A DNA stretch of 64,000 bases from Antedon mediterranea (lineage: Eukaryota; Animalia; Echinodermata), in NCBI RefSeq assembly GCF_964355755.1, contig NC_092679.1, positions 15,793,432-15,857,431 of the forward strand, written 5' to 3'. The position numbers and the translations under genes were made by a program. Positions 22,496-34,500 of the stretch are shown piece after piece (the stretch's first letter is position 1; the number at the start of each line of letters is the position of its first letter). A model generated the notes under the pieces. It worked only from the letters and a program-made list of their open reading frames with translations, was not told the DNA's origin and did not search any database.

Positions 22496-23813
22496 AATAA
22501 ATAAAGATTTTGACAGAATCAAGAGGTTATATGCATGATAATGCATATAACCTAATAAAGATTTTGACAGAATCAAGAGGTTATATGCATGATAATGCAT
22601 ATAACCTAATTACACGTAAGTGAACTTGTCATTAATATAACAATACAAACATCTCATGCAATTAACAGTATTTTTCCATCCTTAAGTATGTGTTCTGTTC
22701 AATATAATACACACGTAAAATAAAAATATATTATATTATTATTATATCTGTAGTTTAAATCATAAATCGGCAATTCTTTACGAAAAAGCAATTAGCAAAA
22801 ATAACCTTTCCGAGAGTTTCGCTAATTTTTGTTTCTTTCGCAAAGAATTTTCAATTTATAAATACTGAACCTAAAACCAGATGATGGTTTTTAATCCTAT
22901 ATCTGTAAATCGTAATAATATATAATATCGTATAATATTACCTAATACTAGGTAATATTTAAGATAAATCAATAACCAACTTATGGTATTTCAATGTTTA
23001 AAACCCGTATAAGAACCTCTTAAAAGATAACAAAATGAAACACCAAATAAAATTTACATCACTAGTTAAATATGGTTGTCAATACTGTAGGCCCTACTTG
23101 CATACTGTACTAACAATAACATTACAAACTATCAATCAGTAAGATACTAGAAAGTAGCGATACGCGAATGTATATGCGAATCATGGTACAAAGTTTGTTG
23201 GAAATTACCATACGGATGTCGAGGCAGAGACCGTAAAAACATTTTGCCAAATCTAGCCAGAACCGGTTTCGAACTTATGCCTTCTTATCCCAGCCCGATT
23301 CCTCACCATCAACATGCCGTCAATTCGGATAGCTTCACGATTTTGCGCTTTTTAGGCTACTACTTTCTTTCCACAGTAGCTTAAATTCCCTCATGATACC
23401 TGCGTATTAAATTAGAATTGCATTGTATGTATGGGGCCTACTACGGCATTACGAGTAAAAACAAGTTCGTTAATTCAACAAAAGAAAACAAGTAGATTTA
23501 TGGAACTGTGTGTTATAATTAGCAGTAAACGCATTGTCAGCTCGGTATGCGATTCGGACTAAACACGAGGACGAAGTTTAAATACATAATGGTTAAACAC
23601 GTCAGGACATAGAAGTCTCAACGTTGCAGAAAGGGTTTGCCAAAATAACATAACTGGAAAAAAGAACTAATTAATCACTTATATAAAGATAATGTAGTCT
23701 ATAATCCAAAGTCTATACATGCCGAGTTACTATCATGGAGATACATTTATAATGTCTGTGTTATATAACCGCAACATTAGAGACATAATATATATTGTAC
23801 AAAACACCACAAT

Positions 23814-25994
23814 ATGAGTGAACGACGAAACAGTGATAGTTCAAATGATGATTATGGTGAGCCAATAGCCTACGATCCGAACTTTACTGGTCCAATTTCT
23901 AATAGAAAGTGTACAGATATGAAATGTTGCTTGACATTTGGTCTGTTCGTTGCTGGACTTGGAGTGATCAGTGCCATCGGTTTCAAGAAAGGTAACGCAG
24001 ATATATTAATTTACCCAATAGACTATCTTAACCAGGTGTGTGGTATATCAGAAGCAGTTGCTGACAGACCGTATCTATTTTTCTTTGACTATTTGGAGTG
24101 TTTGGAGGAGGCCCAACCTTCGACATTCGAATGTCCAGGATCTGGTCAAGTTTGCGTAAAAAATTGTCCAACAGAAAACTATGCCATCAAAGTTAAATAT
24201 TCTAATCAACTAGATGAACAGAATGTTACTGATATTGACTGGAACGATTTTATTTGTGAATATGACATAGACGCAGAAGATGAAGTGGAAAAGGGAGATG
24301 CCACCATACAATATCTTTTAGACACGAAGAAATGTGCAAACTATTACACAGAAAGTGAACCATTAGTTGATCGTTGTTTTCCAAATTTCTTGACATCTGA
24401 AGAGTGGGCAGGAAATGATACAACACCAAATAACCGAACAATTACAGATGATGCTCTTGATAATGCTTTTAAGATATTAGACTTCTATCAAAGACATGAA
24501 CGTTTTAACAGAACAGTCGAATATTTAAAGCAAATAATAATGCCTTATATGATTGTTGGAATAACAATGCCTATGCTCATTTCTCTGATTTACATTGTAT
24601 TAATTCGCTATTGCGTCGCCTTTTTAGTTTGGAGTAGAATAGTGATGGTATATATATCCATGGTCTTTTTAACTTACTCTTGTTGGAAAGAACGAAACTG
24701 CATTAAATATAAAGAAAACGATTGCATTTCGCATTCGATTGAAATTGATGGTTATGACGAGCTTACGAATTACGTTAAAATGGAGAAAATCTGGTACATA
24801 ACAGCCATTATCCTGAGTGTAATTACAGGAATCGTGACTTTGTTGGCGATTTTTCTAATCAAACGCATTCCGATTCAAATTTTGTTGATAAAAGAGGCGA
24901 GCAAAGCTGTTTCATCAATGCCCCGTCCTTTCATATTCCCTATTATACTGGTAGTCGTCCAACTTGCCTTTCTGACTTACTGGTGTGTTAGCGTTGTCTT
25001 AATATCATCCATTTCAAACTCCCCTTACCAGATAACAAATGCAAGATACTACAGCCAATATTCAGATGGAGAAAGTTGTGATCCAACAGAAGTTTACGAA
25101 ACAGCTGATTGCGTCCTGGTCTCTGTGAACCTTGCTCCAACTTATGTTTACTACTTTCTAGCGTACAGCCTAGTAGGGCTATTTTGGATTGTGAATTTCA
25201 TAAGTTCTCTAGAAGAAATGACATTGGCAGGAGCATTCGCATGTCATTATTGGGAGTTTAAAACTGAACCAAATGGTAAATCATTTCCAATAGTTCTATC
25301 TTTTTGGAGATGCATTCGTTATCATATTGGATCTCTCGCTTTTGGTTCGCTTGTTATAACAATCATCCAACCAATTCGTAGATGCGTAGAAATTGCTGTA
25401 CGCCAAGCAACCGATGCACAAACTGCCAAGTTTATTTGCAAGTGCTGTGAATGCTGTTTCTGTTGTTGTAAGGGCATGCTTAAATATATAAATCGCAACG
25501 CTTATGTCGAAATTGCTTTGCACGGACAGATTTTTCGTGTATCAGGAAGAAACGCTTTCAATCTTCTCATGAGAAACATTGAACAAAACATCATCCTTGG
25601 TGGAATTACCGGCTTCATGTTATTCGTCGATAAATTGGTGATAACTCTAGGCACGGTGTGCGTAGCTTTGTTATATTTTAGCAATCACGTGGAATCTTCT
25701 ACTGACGAGATTTTATTTTTTTTAGAATTGCATTATTTGGCACCAATTTTGTTGATGACATTAGTTGCATACATGGTTGCCGACAGCTTCTTTGCTGTGT
25801 ATCACATGGCAATTGACACGACATTTCTTTGTTACCTTCTAGACGTCGAACGTAGCGGCGATAAAAGAACCGCCGAGAGACCGAATTCCAAACATTTGAT
25901 GGACATTCTCGACGCGAGGGAAAGGATGAAATGCTGTTCAAATCGAATTGATCCCTATATGTCGGAATCCCAAAAAACAATACATGAACTTTGA
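23814..25994 (+). CDS. SLC44A2: SLC44A2-like choline transporter, copy 4, intronless, most divergent
   Basis: 726-aa ORF with YDPNFTGPISNRKCTD, LAGAFACHYW, RYHIGSLAFGSL, INRNAYVEIA, DTTFLCYL. Confidence 0.92.
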   Translation: MSERRNSDSSNDDYGEPIAYDPNFTGPISNRKCTDMKCCLTFGLFVAGLGVISAIGFKKGNADILIYPIDYLNQVCGISEAVADRPYLFFFDYLECLEEAQPSTFECPGSGQVCVKNCPTENYAIKVKYSNQLDEQNVTDIDWNDFICEYDIDAEDEVEKGDATIQYLLDTKKCANYYTESEPLVDRCFPNFLTSEEWAGNDTTPNNRTITDDALDNAFKILDFYQRHERFNRTVEYLKQIIMPYMIVGITMPMLISLIYIVLIRYCVAFLVWSRIVMVYISMVFLTYSCWKERNCIKYKENDCISHSIEIDGYDELTNYVKMEKIWYITAIILSVITGIVTLLAIFLIKRIPIQILLIKEASKAVSSMPRPFIFPIILVVVQLAFLTYWCVSVVLISSISNSPYQITNARYYSQYSDGESCDPTEVYETADCVLVSVNLAPTYVYYFLAYSLVGLFWIVNFISSLEEMTLAGAFACHYWEFKTEPNGKSFPIVLSFWRCIRYHIGSLAFGSLVITIIQPIRRCVEIAVRQATDAQTAKFICKCCECCFCCCKGMLKYINRNAYVEIALHGQIFRVSGRNAFNLLMRNIEQNIILGGITGFMLFVDKLVITLGTVCVALLYFSNHVESSTDEILFFLELHYLAPILLMTLVAYMVADSFFAVYHMAIDTTFLCYLLDVERSGDKRTAERPNSKHLMDILDARERMKCCSNRIDPYMSESQKTIHEL

Positions 25995-26182
25995 ATAGTT
26001 ATTTTAATAAGTAACTCAGAATAGACATTCATTGTGCTCAATTATAGGGCACATAACACATCCTCCTGTTCCATAGGTCTACATCAGAAAATTAACTGAA
26101 TTTGGAAGACAAAATAAAATGAAAATTTGATAGACAGACAAAAAGTAATGACTGATTTTTATAAATGAAGACTGCCATATTG

Positions 26183-26240
26183 TGCCTGTTAGTGGCGATG
26201 ACTCGCTATTGGTTTGGAGTGAAATAAAATAAATAAAAAT
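26183..26240 (+). repeat. Short retroposon-like 3' tail, shared with 48908-48960
   Basis: gcctgttagtggcgatgactcgctattggtttggagtgaaataaa matches gcctgctaatggcaatgattcgctgttggtctggaatgaaataaa; lies in the probable 3' UTR of copy 4. Confidence 0.6.
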
Positions 26241-26669
26241 TAAAATATAAGTGGATGATAATATCATGAACTTTGTATAGAATGTTAACATTTATTTTAT
26301 TATGAAAGATATTCTATAAGTGTCATACATTTAAAATGTCTATTAAAACATTCTTTAGGAAATAACTAATGAACAGTTCCAATGATTTTACATAATTATG
26401 AATAGTTATTGTTTAAAGTGCGATTGTTTTAAAGATTAGCCGGACCAAACATCCAATCCGCTCATAAGAGACCATGAGAACTGGTATGCTCTATATAAAG
26501 ATAAAAACAATAGGACATGATGGCAGGAAATTACGCCTTCTCATAATAACATCTGATTATTTACCATTCGATCAAAATCACATACGCAAAAAACAAACAA
26601 CATAAAACAATGTTTAAAATATTTAAAACCGTATAGAACTATATGTTTAACATATTTCTGAAATATTTA

Positions 26670-26772
26670 ACAAGGCCATATACATGGCTGCAGTTGCGTG
26701 CTCAAATTTTAGTTAGTGTTTACTGACCGACCATCCGACCGACTGTAGAGTCGAGTTGCACGCGACTAAAAA
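26670..26772 (-). mobile_element. Complete ~100-bp mini Helentron-type element (family C)
   Basis: acaag-gccat/atac/atggc hairpin, subTIR agttgcgtg, (gacc)n microsatellite, terminal agtcgagttgcacgcgact + A-run (T-run on -). Confidence 0.65.
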
Positions 26773-27202
26773 CCGTTAAAAACTCATAAAAGATATATAA
26801 AAGAACTAAAGTAAATGATTATGATCAGGATAGTTGAAGAATACCAATAACTCGTGTTTTTTTCGTAAATTAAATTTAGATGCCATGCCGTTTCGATGCG
26901 AGATTTTTACTAATTTTCGAAATACATTTACACTCTCAGTTCCTTTTCCATTCTTTCATTGCCGAAGCATAAATGTACCATCTATACCATTGGAAGAGAT
27001 TAGTGGAACGAAATTAAAATAACTTTGTCGAGTACCATGTGCATGTTGCTTCTCAGCCTTGATAAGATTATTACTAAGACATGATGCTTTTTGTGGACAT
27101 TTTTCAATTTAATTTTAGTCACCCTATCGTCAACACACATAGCCCTAAGCTATCTAGTACCTTTTTTCCTACGATAAATCTCACCATTGCATAATCTCCA
27201 GT

Positions 27203-27340
27203 TTATTTACTCCGTCAAGGAGGAATATGTAGTCGATCATACTTTGTTTGTATGTATGTCGTATGTTTGTTTGTTAGCACGATAGCGCCTACAACTTTCA
27301 AGTTATCAATCTGAATTTGTTCGTGTAGATAAGCATATAC
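27203..27340 (+). mobile_element. Possible degenerate 5' end of another Helentron-type element
   Basis: tttatttactccgtcaaggagg palindrome followed by a (TTTG/TATG)n microsatellite and ttagcacgata; right end not identified. Confidence 0.35.
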
Positions 27341-28266
27341 CATGCCTATTAAAATTCAAGAAAATTGGTGTATTAACAATTTCAAAATTACAAATCACAA
27401 ATTATAACCCTTGCCTCTTGTCCAAAAATGATTTTTTTTTTTGGACAAATAGTTCTCGAAAAATGCAATTTCAGTTTACTTGTTACATTAAGACTGCTCA
27501 CCGGCTTTTGAAAGTATTATTTTTTTTATTACAAGTAGTTTTAAAAAACCTATTTCTTTTCAAATTTACCCGTTTGCTTGCTGTTCTGTTAGTCAACTGA
27601 AACTATTGAAAGGCTGGTTACATAACCATTACACCAAATTCACATACACATGGCTGTAGTGTAATTAGCCTAATCGCACACAGCATTAAGAAACAAAAAA
27701 ACTATATATATTTTTTCGGTAAAATCTTATGTAGGAGAATTTTACTGGTTTATTTTTTAGGCGTTCTAGGTATGCACTCTCGGAAAGTCGTTCTAGTTTT
27801 GTAGTGCTTTTGGTGTTACAGTGTACCATGAACCCGCATAGTCAAAGTGTTTTGAATGAGGGCATACCAAATAATTTTTCTTTCCTTCTCTCGAAGAAAA
27901 GTTGCTTGTCTATAGAGAAATTTAAGTTTACCATCAATATAACAAATACTATGGTTTAATAATATCTTTCACCTGAGAGAGTTTCATTAAGTGATACTCC
28001 TCACCATTGTGAGATTATTGGACAAAGTAATTAAATAACTAATTTTCATTATATCCCACAACACAAACATCTTACGCATTAGCAGTACATAAGGATAAGA
28101 TGTTAATGTGTGACAAATAATCATCGGGGCCTATCAATTATTGATACAAAATTTGACAGATTCGATCAGAGTCCAATCGCCCGACACACACATCAAACAA
28201 AAAGCAGCTACCGAATACATCACACCCTTTAAATAACTTTGAACTGTAAGTACGTAAAGTAACAAC

Positions 28267-30217
28267 ATGGCATCTTCTCTGGTCGTACGATTATCTCTTA
28301 GTTTAATAATTGCTGTGATCATCTCAGGTAGCGTTTCACAAGGTACGAGTCCAATTAATTTATCATTTTTAGAATATCCATAAGAGTTCAACTGAGTTAG
28401 GGACGAGAAAAAAACCTACCATTGGTCGGTAGAAACTAGTAGCACTGATAAACTCAATAGTAAAGTGTATTTGCTGCTGCTGTACACCTCCATATCATCT
28501 ATGCCGTGTTGGCTGCTGAGGATGACACTCTTTAATGCCCATCACCAAGGTACAGATTTAATTGTAAAAACATGGGTACCAGCAACCACTGGTTGTCTGA
28601 TAATGAAGTTGATACGAGCCAAGTTGTCTTAATCGTTAGTTTCATTTGTTAGGAAGCAATCTTTAATGTATTTTTTCACTTCTTTTTTCTACTTCAGATT
28701 GCGAAGAATCGTCTGTAGGAGACAGACCAAGTGTTTGGGTCGGTAAGTGCAGTTCCACTTACGTGCCAGTATATCTTATAATGTACCGTTGATTATCATC
28801 GAGTTCAATGTTGTTTGTTCTTTATTTTCCACATACAAAATATAAATTATACACAAGTAAAATATAAGTGTGTAGACGGAGATCCTTTTCTAATGTTTAG
28901 AAGGATTCTGCAAAGACTTACTGTATGTTTACGGTACAGTATTGAGTGTAGTAGAGAAAAGGCCACAAAGAGAAGAATTGGAGTCCAATCTACATTTAAA
29001 TCTAATTGTTTAATACCATTTCAGATGTAGAATGTAATCGAACCGAAACATCTGTGTGTGACCAATTTGGACTTGAATACATCTGTTTCAACGACAACCA
29101 ATGCAAGACAAATGGTACAAAAAGAGTCATGTGTGCGTCACCAGAAGCAATTCCACTCGTACCAGTCAAGGACGTAAATGAGATCAGAGTTATCAGTTAC
29201 AACGTATGGGAACTACGCTATCTGTACTACCAGAGTGGTCAGAGAGAAAGAACATGTCGGATTGTGCGACAGCTGATTAGCATGCATCCAGAAGTCGATG
29301 TCATTTGTTTTAATGAAGTATTTATGGGAGGATGTTTTTCTAACAGCAGTCTTACGATTCGAGACATTTTGACCCAATATGGATTTGTATACTACACTGA
29401 AACCGTTGGTACGCCGACAACAATTTTGAAACCAGAAAACGGTGGAGTTTTTATAGTATCCCGTTGGCCGATTATCAGAAAAGCACAACATGTTTACGAC
29501 AATGCAGCATATTCCACGACTGATTTCTTATCTGGGAAAGGGGCAATGTATGTAGAAATTGAAAAGACTGTCAAAAATATCTCCAGGCGATATCATGTAT
29601 TAGGAACACATTTACAGGCTCAGGAGAGGTTTGAAACACAGTCGGTGCGTGTAGCACAGGCTAAGGAAATGTACATGTTCAAAAGGCGCCAAAGTATTCC
29701 AGCAGACGAACCGGTGATGTATGTTGGAGATCTCAACTGTGATTGGGTAGATACACAAAACCACGCGGAGGATGTCATCAATACATTGCACTCATCTGAA
29801 CCAGAAAGAATAGGTGAACTCAATTATACGTACGACAGATCATTAAATGACGTGTTTCCCGGAACACCGATAGAAGATAAGACGTCGCAGTGGCTCGATT
29901 ACGCCTTGTACAGTAACGAGCATCTGCTACCAGATTCCTCCAGTGTTCAGGTCATTCGACCGCTGGCGCAACCATTCGAAATCTGTAGTGTCTCGCTCTT
30001 TCCTGGTTATCGCTTTCCGGATGAACAAAGATGTCGAAGAACACGAGTCATGTCGGATCTATCAGATCATTTTCCAGTTCTTGGACATTTTATCTTTCCC
30101 GTCGTGTTAGAGGAAACAACAGATGAACCGAACAATGGTGTTCAATTCAGAGTTTGTAAAACAATACTGGTGGTGACACTTGTGTTCGCAGCAATTTTAA
30201 AATTCTTGCAATACTAA
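28267..30217 (+). CDS. Neutral sphingomyelinase C-like enzyme (EEP/DNase I-like fold), 437 aa; exons 28267-28342, 28698-28742, 29025-30217
   Basis: Exon 1 encodes a signal peptide (MASSLVVRLSLSLIIAVIISGSVSQ); two phase-1 GT-AG introns keep frame (1314 nt total). Motifs SYNV, DVICFNEVF, ENGGVFIVSRWPI, HVLGTHLQA, GDLN, WLDY and SDHFPV match the nSMase family; hydrophobic C-terminal tail. Confidence 0.88.
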
Positions 30218-30291
30218 TCTATACGCTTTAATGTCGATTATAAAAACATCTTAATGGCAACAAAGAAAGATTGACGTTTGAAACAATCTAA

Positions 30292-30415
30292 AGCTCTGTC
30301 TACACTATCAAACTTTTTGTGACAAATGTGATGTGCCCATATATGGACACGAGGACGTCACGTCATTACCATATTTGGGCACATAACACTTTAATTTGAT
30401 AGTGTAGACAAAGTT
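30292..30415. mobile_element. PIF/Harbinger (Tourist-like) MITE, copy 1
   Basis: TIR agctctgtctacactatcaaa / tttgatagtgtagacaaagtt with TAA on both sides; homologues at 51837 and 57655. Confidence 0.8.
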
Positions 30416-31576
30416 TAAAAAATGGATAGATAAATTATAAATACATTTATCGTACATTCAAGTATCTATAAAATATATTTTTTAGATCCATGGTTAAAAT
30501 ATTCGCTCAATGTAATTTCCAAATATTTAGAAACATGTATTAAAGAAGTGTTTAAAATGCAGTTAACATTGTTTTGAATAATCTTTAGAAAGTTGAATGT
30601 GTTTACAGTGTTTAAATTGAAGTTATGAATAAAACCAGGATGAAGGGAAGAACTTTGACGGAAATGTTTTCAGAAAAGGTGAACTTGAAATATGTTCTCA
30701 ACAACTCAGCAATGAGATAGATAAAAGTGGTTGAACCGAATATGATTAAAAGAAGAAATAAATCATCTCCAAATGGTGCATTCATCACTAAAGAATAAAC
30801 AAAATTATACTTTTGCAGTTTTGTTTAATGGGAAAATTAATCATTACAAACATTGAAACAATGGATGTACAAAAAAACACGTTTTAAATTTCACAAATAA
30901 CATTGCAACATGTCAAAAGATATAAGCCAGGGTCAAAGGTAAATTACCAATATAAAAACTACACATCTTTATACAACTGTACATATAAAACAAGTGTACA
31001 TATAAAGTGGAAATTAAATGTCTACAAAAATTCAATAAAAGTGAAAGTGCATTTAAAGTAAAAGTAATCTGTAAAACAAAATCACTGTATTCATGTTTTT
31101 AATGGTCTAAGATACAGTACTGTAAAATAATTATCCACATCTAAAAATCAACGAAAAGGTGAACAACAATACAAACTGAACTGTTTATTAGTAAATTCGT
31201 TTGATTACAATTCCAAACTATAGTAATGTATTTATCATAAATTAAAAGGTAAAACATAAAAGCTGGTGCAAAAAAAAAAACAACCAAAATTATTATTGTT
31301 AATGTAAGATTTATAACAGAAATTATAAACCATATTCCCAATAATACTGCAAATCTAACACAAATTCAATTGAATATGTGTAATCGCAATTAAAAAGCAT
31401 TGCTTTCACTCATTACCAATTATTTTCAATTAATTACATCAGGGAATAGTGAAATTTCACTCTTGCCTGCTTACATCAACAATTTAAGTCAACAATCTAA
31501 ATCTGAATTATATAAAAAGGTGCAATTAAAAATGTTATCTACATGGAATTTTGTATTTACAAACTATGAAACGTCG

Positions 31577-34500
31577 TTATTGAATTTTGCAGTTTTCCTC
31601 GTTCATTTCCGCAACAGGTTCTTCCGATGCGATTTCAGGTGTGTTGGTAAAGTTCAATGACCTTTGTGGTGGTGCGCTTACTCCTTTCCTGGTTGCTAGT
31701 GATTTTAATTCTTTCTTTGGACTGTTAGTTATGGTTGATAGTGCTTCCGGTGCCTGTGAACAAATACAACAAATGATCATTTCACTAATAGTATATATAG
31801 AAAGAAATAAACACTTCACCATGCACATAAACCACTCACCAAAAGATGAGGCTTTTTAAATGCATCACACACACATGGCATAACAAAAATTGGAACACGT
31901 GTACAGTAGTATACAAGAATTGAAGGTAAGGGAAGCATCATATCCAGGAAGCACTGACTTCACTATAAAAACAGTGCAAGTAACTTTTACTAAGAAATAT
32001 TTTTTTCTTATAACCACAGTTAAAGTGACCAAAGGGAGATGCAGCAGAAATTACAAATACGGACAAAATATTATCAAGGGTTCTTACCTGTCTAATCATC
32101 GAAGCCCTGCTTCGTGTAATTCTCTTGGTCTCCGTAGGCTCTAACTGGTCTTTTATCATCCCAACATTACTCTTGTTACCAACCACGCCTCCTCTAGTTT
32201 TCTTTGCTGGTAGACGAGATCGGCGTACTGGTTTCAAAATTGGCATGGGTTCATCATCAGCACTATCCAACTGATTGCGAGAGGATTCAGCGGCATCGAT
32301 TGCAGACCTCTTGCATGATGAATCTTCATCAGAACTGTCCTTTTTACGTTTGTTAACTGTTGGTTTCTGTACAGGTTTGACGGGAGATACCTCTTTTTTA
32401 GTTTCAGAAATCTTTACCCGTCTACTTCTGGTTACCTTTGGCAATATTTCTTCTGATTCTTTCTTTGCAACATCTGCAATTTTTGTTTCTCTTAGTTTCG
32501 GTAAACTGTTTACTGATCCCTTTTCTAATTTCTCAATATGCTTTTGTAATTTGTTAATATCTTCTCCAAGGCGTCTTGCATTGTTGACAGACAACTGCAG
32601 CTTTCCTTGTAAAGATGCCTTATCCTTGTTCAATTCTTCTATCTCCTTCTTTTGTTTTTGCACAAGTTTTTCAACCTCTTCTAATTTACCATCATTATTT
32701 GTTTTGTCATTCTCTTTTTTATTTTCTAATAGGCTGACTTGATTGCATAATCGTTCTGTCTCGGTTTTCTCGTCAACAAGTTCTGCTCTAAGCTTGGAAA
32801 CAGTTCCCTCAAGCTTTTCAAGCTCACGTCTTTGTTTTGTGTTAGGTGAACCATCTGCTACAGCAATCTTTAACTTCCGAGACACTAACTTCAAATCTTG
32901 ATTAGCTTTATCTAATGTTAACTTTGACTGTTCAAACTCACTTTTCAGATCTCCTATTTCATTTGTCTATATGAACAAAATAATTATAATAATATTATAA
33001 CTACACACACTTTTCAATTCAGATAAATCTTTAAAATCTTAATACCATTTTAAAAACTAACAAAAGAAAACAAAATACATCCTAAATTTCAAAGTTATCA
33101 TGGTGAAGAGGACTTGATAAAAACAATTTTAGGTGTGACATGTGGGTCCATGTTGTCTTTTTCTAGGTTTTGATCTTTGACCTTTTCTTTCTGATAAATT
33201 AACTATATACACATTTGACTAGAATTTTTTTGTATTGGAATTGGTAATTGAATTAAACAAGTAATGTCTTACCAGACTAGAGTTTGTCTTCTGTAGACTA
33301 ACAATCTGTTCATTGGCCTCCTTAAGATCTGATGTCTGCTGTAACATTTCTAATTTGGAAGTTTCCTCAGCAACCAACTGCTTTTCATTCTTTTCCAATT
33401 GAACATTCCATTTTTCCTCTAAGGTACCAATCTCTGATTTCAGCTAAAGTAGATTTAAAAAGTAAATGATTGTTCAAAATAAATATTGATAGCTAATTAA
33501 TTACTGTCAAGAAGATCTCATAATGTCCATTGTTTTCATATTCTGTCACATAAATGATTATACCCTGTCATTATTTTTACTATTATTATCAAGCATTAGT
33601 AAATTCAAATGACAAACCTTATCTGTAGCATTCTGTAATACTTGATCAGCTTTCTTTTCATCATCTGCCATTTTCTTTTCCAATGTTTCAATCTGTAACT
33701 TATGAGATAATTTCTCATCATCAAATTCTTTCTCAAGATGTTTTAAGTTGTTTTCCAATTCTTGCATCTCTTGTTCTTTCAACCCAACAAGCACCTAAAC
33801 AACAATTGGCATAAGTCAGTTTACAATGCAAAAAAATGGAAACATGCTTAGAAAACAAATAGTAATTTTGAATTAGTATTACTGTATACAAAGAATAACA
33901 CGTACAATTCAATTTTAAAATGTTATTGACAAGTAAAGATTAGATGGATATGATTTGATATAAAATAGATCTAATTAGATATTACAGTACCTTCTGGGCT
34001 TCCAACGCTTCTAAACTTTCTGCCATTTTGAATTCAGCAAGTTGTAAGGCTTTGTTCAAGCTCTCTAATTCACTCTTCGATTCCATATTCAGGGCTTCTA
34101 TCGATTTCTCGAGTTGATCGTTCTCTTCTTCAAAGGTGGATTTCTGTGACTTTAATGATTGAATTTCTGATTCTAAATCAGTTTGAATGACTTCCAACTC
34201 AAGAACACAATCTTCAACAGTTTTTAACTTTAGCGCCACCTGAATAAAAAACAGTAGTAGTTTTACATATTTAGCAAAATTAGTCAATTGCATTTGTTAG
34301 GATGACAATGGAAAGATAATTCAAGAACTGGTCTATCGTATACTGTAGGAAGAACTAGACAGAAAAGTGAAACAATTCAGCAACGAAAGTCAGTGAATAG
34401 AGAAAATTTACAAAGGATGAAGCATTACCTGTTCATAAGAGACTGCATCTGCTTCCATTTCTGCAATCTTTAACTGGCACTCTGATTTATCACCCTTCAA

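Larger units (their letters stand above)
13397..22609 (-). mobile_element. Composite nested stack of non-autonomous Helentron/Helitron2-type elements (families A and B)
   Basis: Inserted between gaagaa and ttacacgtaag, which are contiguous in the paralogous spacer (8504-8520). Units have CTAG + hairpin + subTIR at the left end and a subTIR palindrome at the right end; junctions are AA on + (TT on -); no transposase ORF. Confidence 0.85.
3619..23375 (+). repeat. Tandem segmental duplication, ~4.9-kb unit (spacer + SLC44 gene)
   Basis: Anchor gtatttt(t/c)catccttaagtatgtgttctgttcaatataatacac recurs at ~3619, ~8568 and ~22668; paired short ORFs 7976/12863 are offset by 4887 bp. Confidence 0.9.

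Noticed and set aside
13665-22600. Repeated 60-95-aa ORFs in the TE stack as genes or transposases
   Set aside because: They recur only because the DNA is repeated; no Rep HUH/Y2, helicase, DDE or RT motifs.
13397-22609. Pure assembly stutter
   Set aside because: Copies carry distinct substitution sets and the termini nest in balanced fashion; long-read confirmation is still advisable.
27772-27804. Upstream ATG as SMase start
   Set aside because: The frame closes after 10 codons; 28267 gives a proper signal peptide and donor.
29006-29024. ORF-track start of the SMase (TTG, MFNTIS)
   Set aside because: Intronic sequence before the tttcag acceptor; the real start is the signal-peptide exon at 28267.
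809-30217. Bacterial contamination or prokaryotic operon (intronless genes plus bacterial-like enzyme)
   Set aside because: SLC44 is eukaryotic, the SMase has spliceosomal introns, and animal TEs are interspersed continuously.
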